Shown here: positions 63,045 through 64,000 of the stretch, piece by piece
How the letters are laid out: the number at the start of each line of letters is the position of its first letter
Numbering within the stretch: the stretch's first letter is position 1
Assembly: GCA_964202905.1 (NCBI GenBank)
Contig: CAXNJO010000013.1
Coordinates: 32,001 to 96,000 of the forward strand
Source of the DNA: Polyangiales bacterium
GTDB taxonomy: Bacteria; Myxococcota_A; Polyangia; Polyangiales; JADJQN01
Direction of reading: 5' to 3'
Length of the DNA: 64,000 nucleotides
Program-made: the position numbers and the translations under genes
The notes under the pieces: generated by a model
Database searches by the model: none
What the model saw: the letters and a program-made list of their open reading frames with translations, nothing else
What the model was told of the DNA's origin: nothing

Positions 63045-64000
63045 TCAGCGCTCGTCCGCGCCGAGGTCCGGGGCCCCGTCGTCGCGCGGGTCCCCGTCGA
63101 GATCGCGCGTCGCCTCCGCGACGGGGACCCCCTGATCGATGGCCGCGGACGCCGAGGCGGCCAGGTGGAGATCCCCGCCCGCCGCGTCGACGAAGAGCGA
63201 GGGGTCGATCGACTCGAGGTTGTGGTCCGCCGTCGACGTGCCGCTCCGCACCGTGATCCGCCGCGCGAGGTTGTTCCGCACGGTCGTGATCGCGTTGTCG
63301 AAGCGCGTGTCGATGGACGAGAAAGAGCCCGTCGCCCCCGGCAGCTCGAGGATGGTGTTGTGGACGACGACCGCGCCGCGCGCCTGCGCGAGCTCGATGC
63401 CGGTGTCGTACCAGGGCACGTCCGCGACGATCACGTTGTTGCGGATGACCCCGCCGTAGTGGCCGACGAAGAGCCCCGGCGCGGGGTCGTCGGGGTACGC
63501 GCGCGAGGGTCCGGATTCGACGAGCCCGAAGCCGACGCCGCGCGCGCAGTCGACGATGCGGTTGCGCTCGACGACGGTGTCGCGCGAGCCGATCCAGAAG
63601 TGGATCGCGTGCTCCGCGAGGCCCTCGCCCGCGCAGTACAGGCCGCGGAAGTCGTTGTCGCGGACCTGCCACCCGCGCGCCGCGTGCACGTCGATGCCGC
63701 CCGTGTAGCAGCCGCCGGGCGAGCGCTCGATGTACGGACGGCCCGCGTCCGTGAGCTCGAAGTCCGAGCAGCTCACGGTGCCCTCGTCGACGAAGGCGCT
63801 GCGCGCCGTGTTCGGATTCACCTTGAGGAACTGCTCGCCGCAGTCGCGCAGCCGCACGCCGTGCATCGTGAAGCCGCGCACGTCGGCGCCGCCGTCAGGC
63901 GGGGTCACGTGCACGCAGTGGTCGACCGCGTGCGTGATCGTGAGCTCCGCGACCGTGACGCGCGACGCGACCACGGAGAGGACCTCGAACGTCGTGTATT
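63045..64000 (-). CDS. Right-handed parallel beta-helix protein with choice-of-anchor-Q-like C-terminus (5' end outside window)
   Basis: The frame is open to the window edge. Repeated VRDNDF/VERNRI/IRNNVI/VVHNTI strands; C-terminal GDLHL...AIDQG...DLDG.PR...PDLGADE. Confidence 0.8.
   Translation of the reverse strand, partial: YTTFEVLSVVASRVTVAELTITHAVDHCVHVTPPDGGADVRGFTMHGVRLRDCGEQFLKVNPNTARSAFVDEGTVSCSDFELTDAGRPYIERSPGGCYTGGIDVHAARGWQVRDNDFRGLYCAGEGLAEHAIHFWIGSRDTVVERNRIVDCARGVGFGLVESGPSRAYPDDPAPGLFVGHYGGVIRNNVIVADVPWYDTGIELAQARGAVVVHNTILELPGATGSFSSIDTRFDNAITTVRNNLARRITVRSGTSTADHNLESIDPSLFVDAAGGDLHLAASASAAIDQGVPVAEATRDLDGDPRDDGAPDLGADER

Overview
This is very GC-rich chromosomal DNA, most consistent with a Myxococcota (Polyangia-like) genome, judged from the giant TPR protein, Cys-rich repeat lipoproteins, Ser/Thr kinase and ACIII-caa3 operon. 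The window holds about 45 protein-coding genes. From left to right: a >3300-aa TPR protein running off the left edge; an EamA transporter, HMG-CoA lyase, lipoproteins, malQ, an M18 aminopeptidase and asnS; a lipid-modification group (pgsA, a flippase-like protein and an Aur1/IPC-synthase-like PAP2 enzyme); a complete alternative complex III + SCO + A2-type caa3 oxidase operon; kinase-hisZ-purA; a reduced yceD-rpmF-fabG-acpP-fabF cluster; a MoxR ATPase and its VWA partner split by a 4-gene block (including a Pcm-erythromycin esterase fusion and a GroEL lacking its apical domain); and a PAS/GAF histidine kinase. I recognised no rRNA, tRNA, CRISPR array, integrase or transposase. A dense set of 1-2 nt insertions in actB-actF, plus one in the TPR gene, looks like long-read sequencing error rather than real gene decay. 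The best leads are the apical-domain-less GroEL cassette, a PPC(DUF296)-Tudor fusion that may contact RNA polymerase, a candidate bacterial inositol-phosphoceramide-synthase locus, a palindromic operator over the act promoter, and widespread leaderless-type promoters. All domain calls were made by eye from motifs; no database searches were run.
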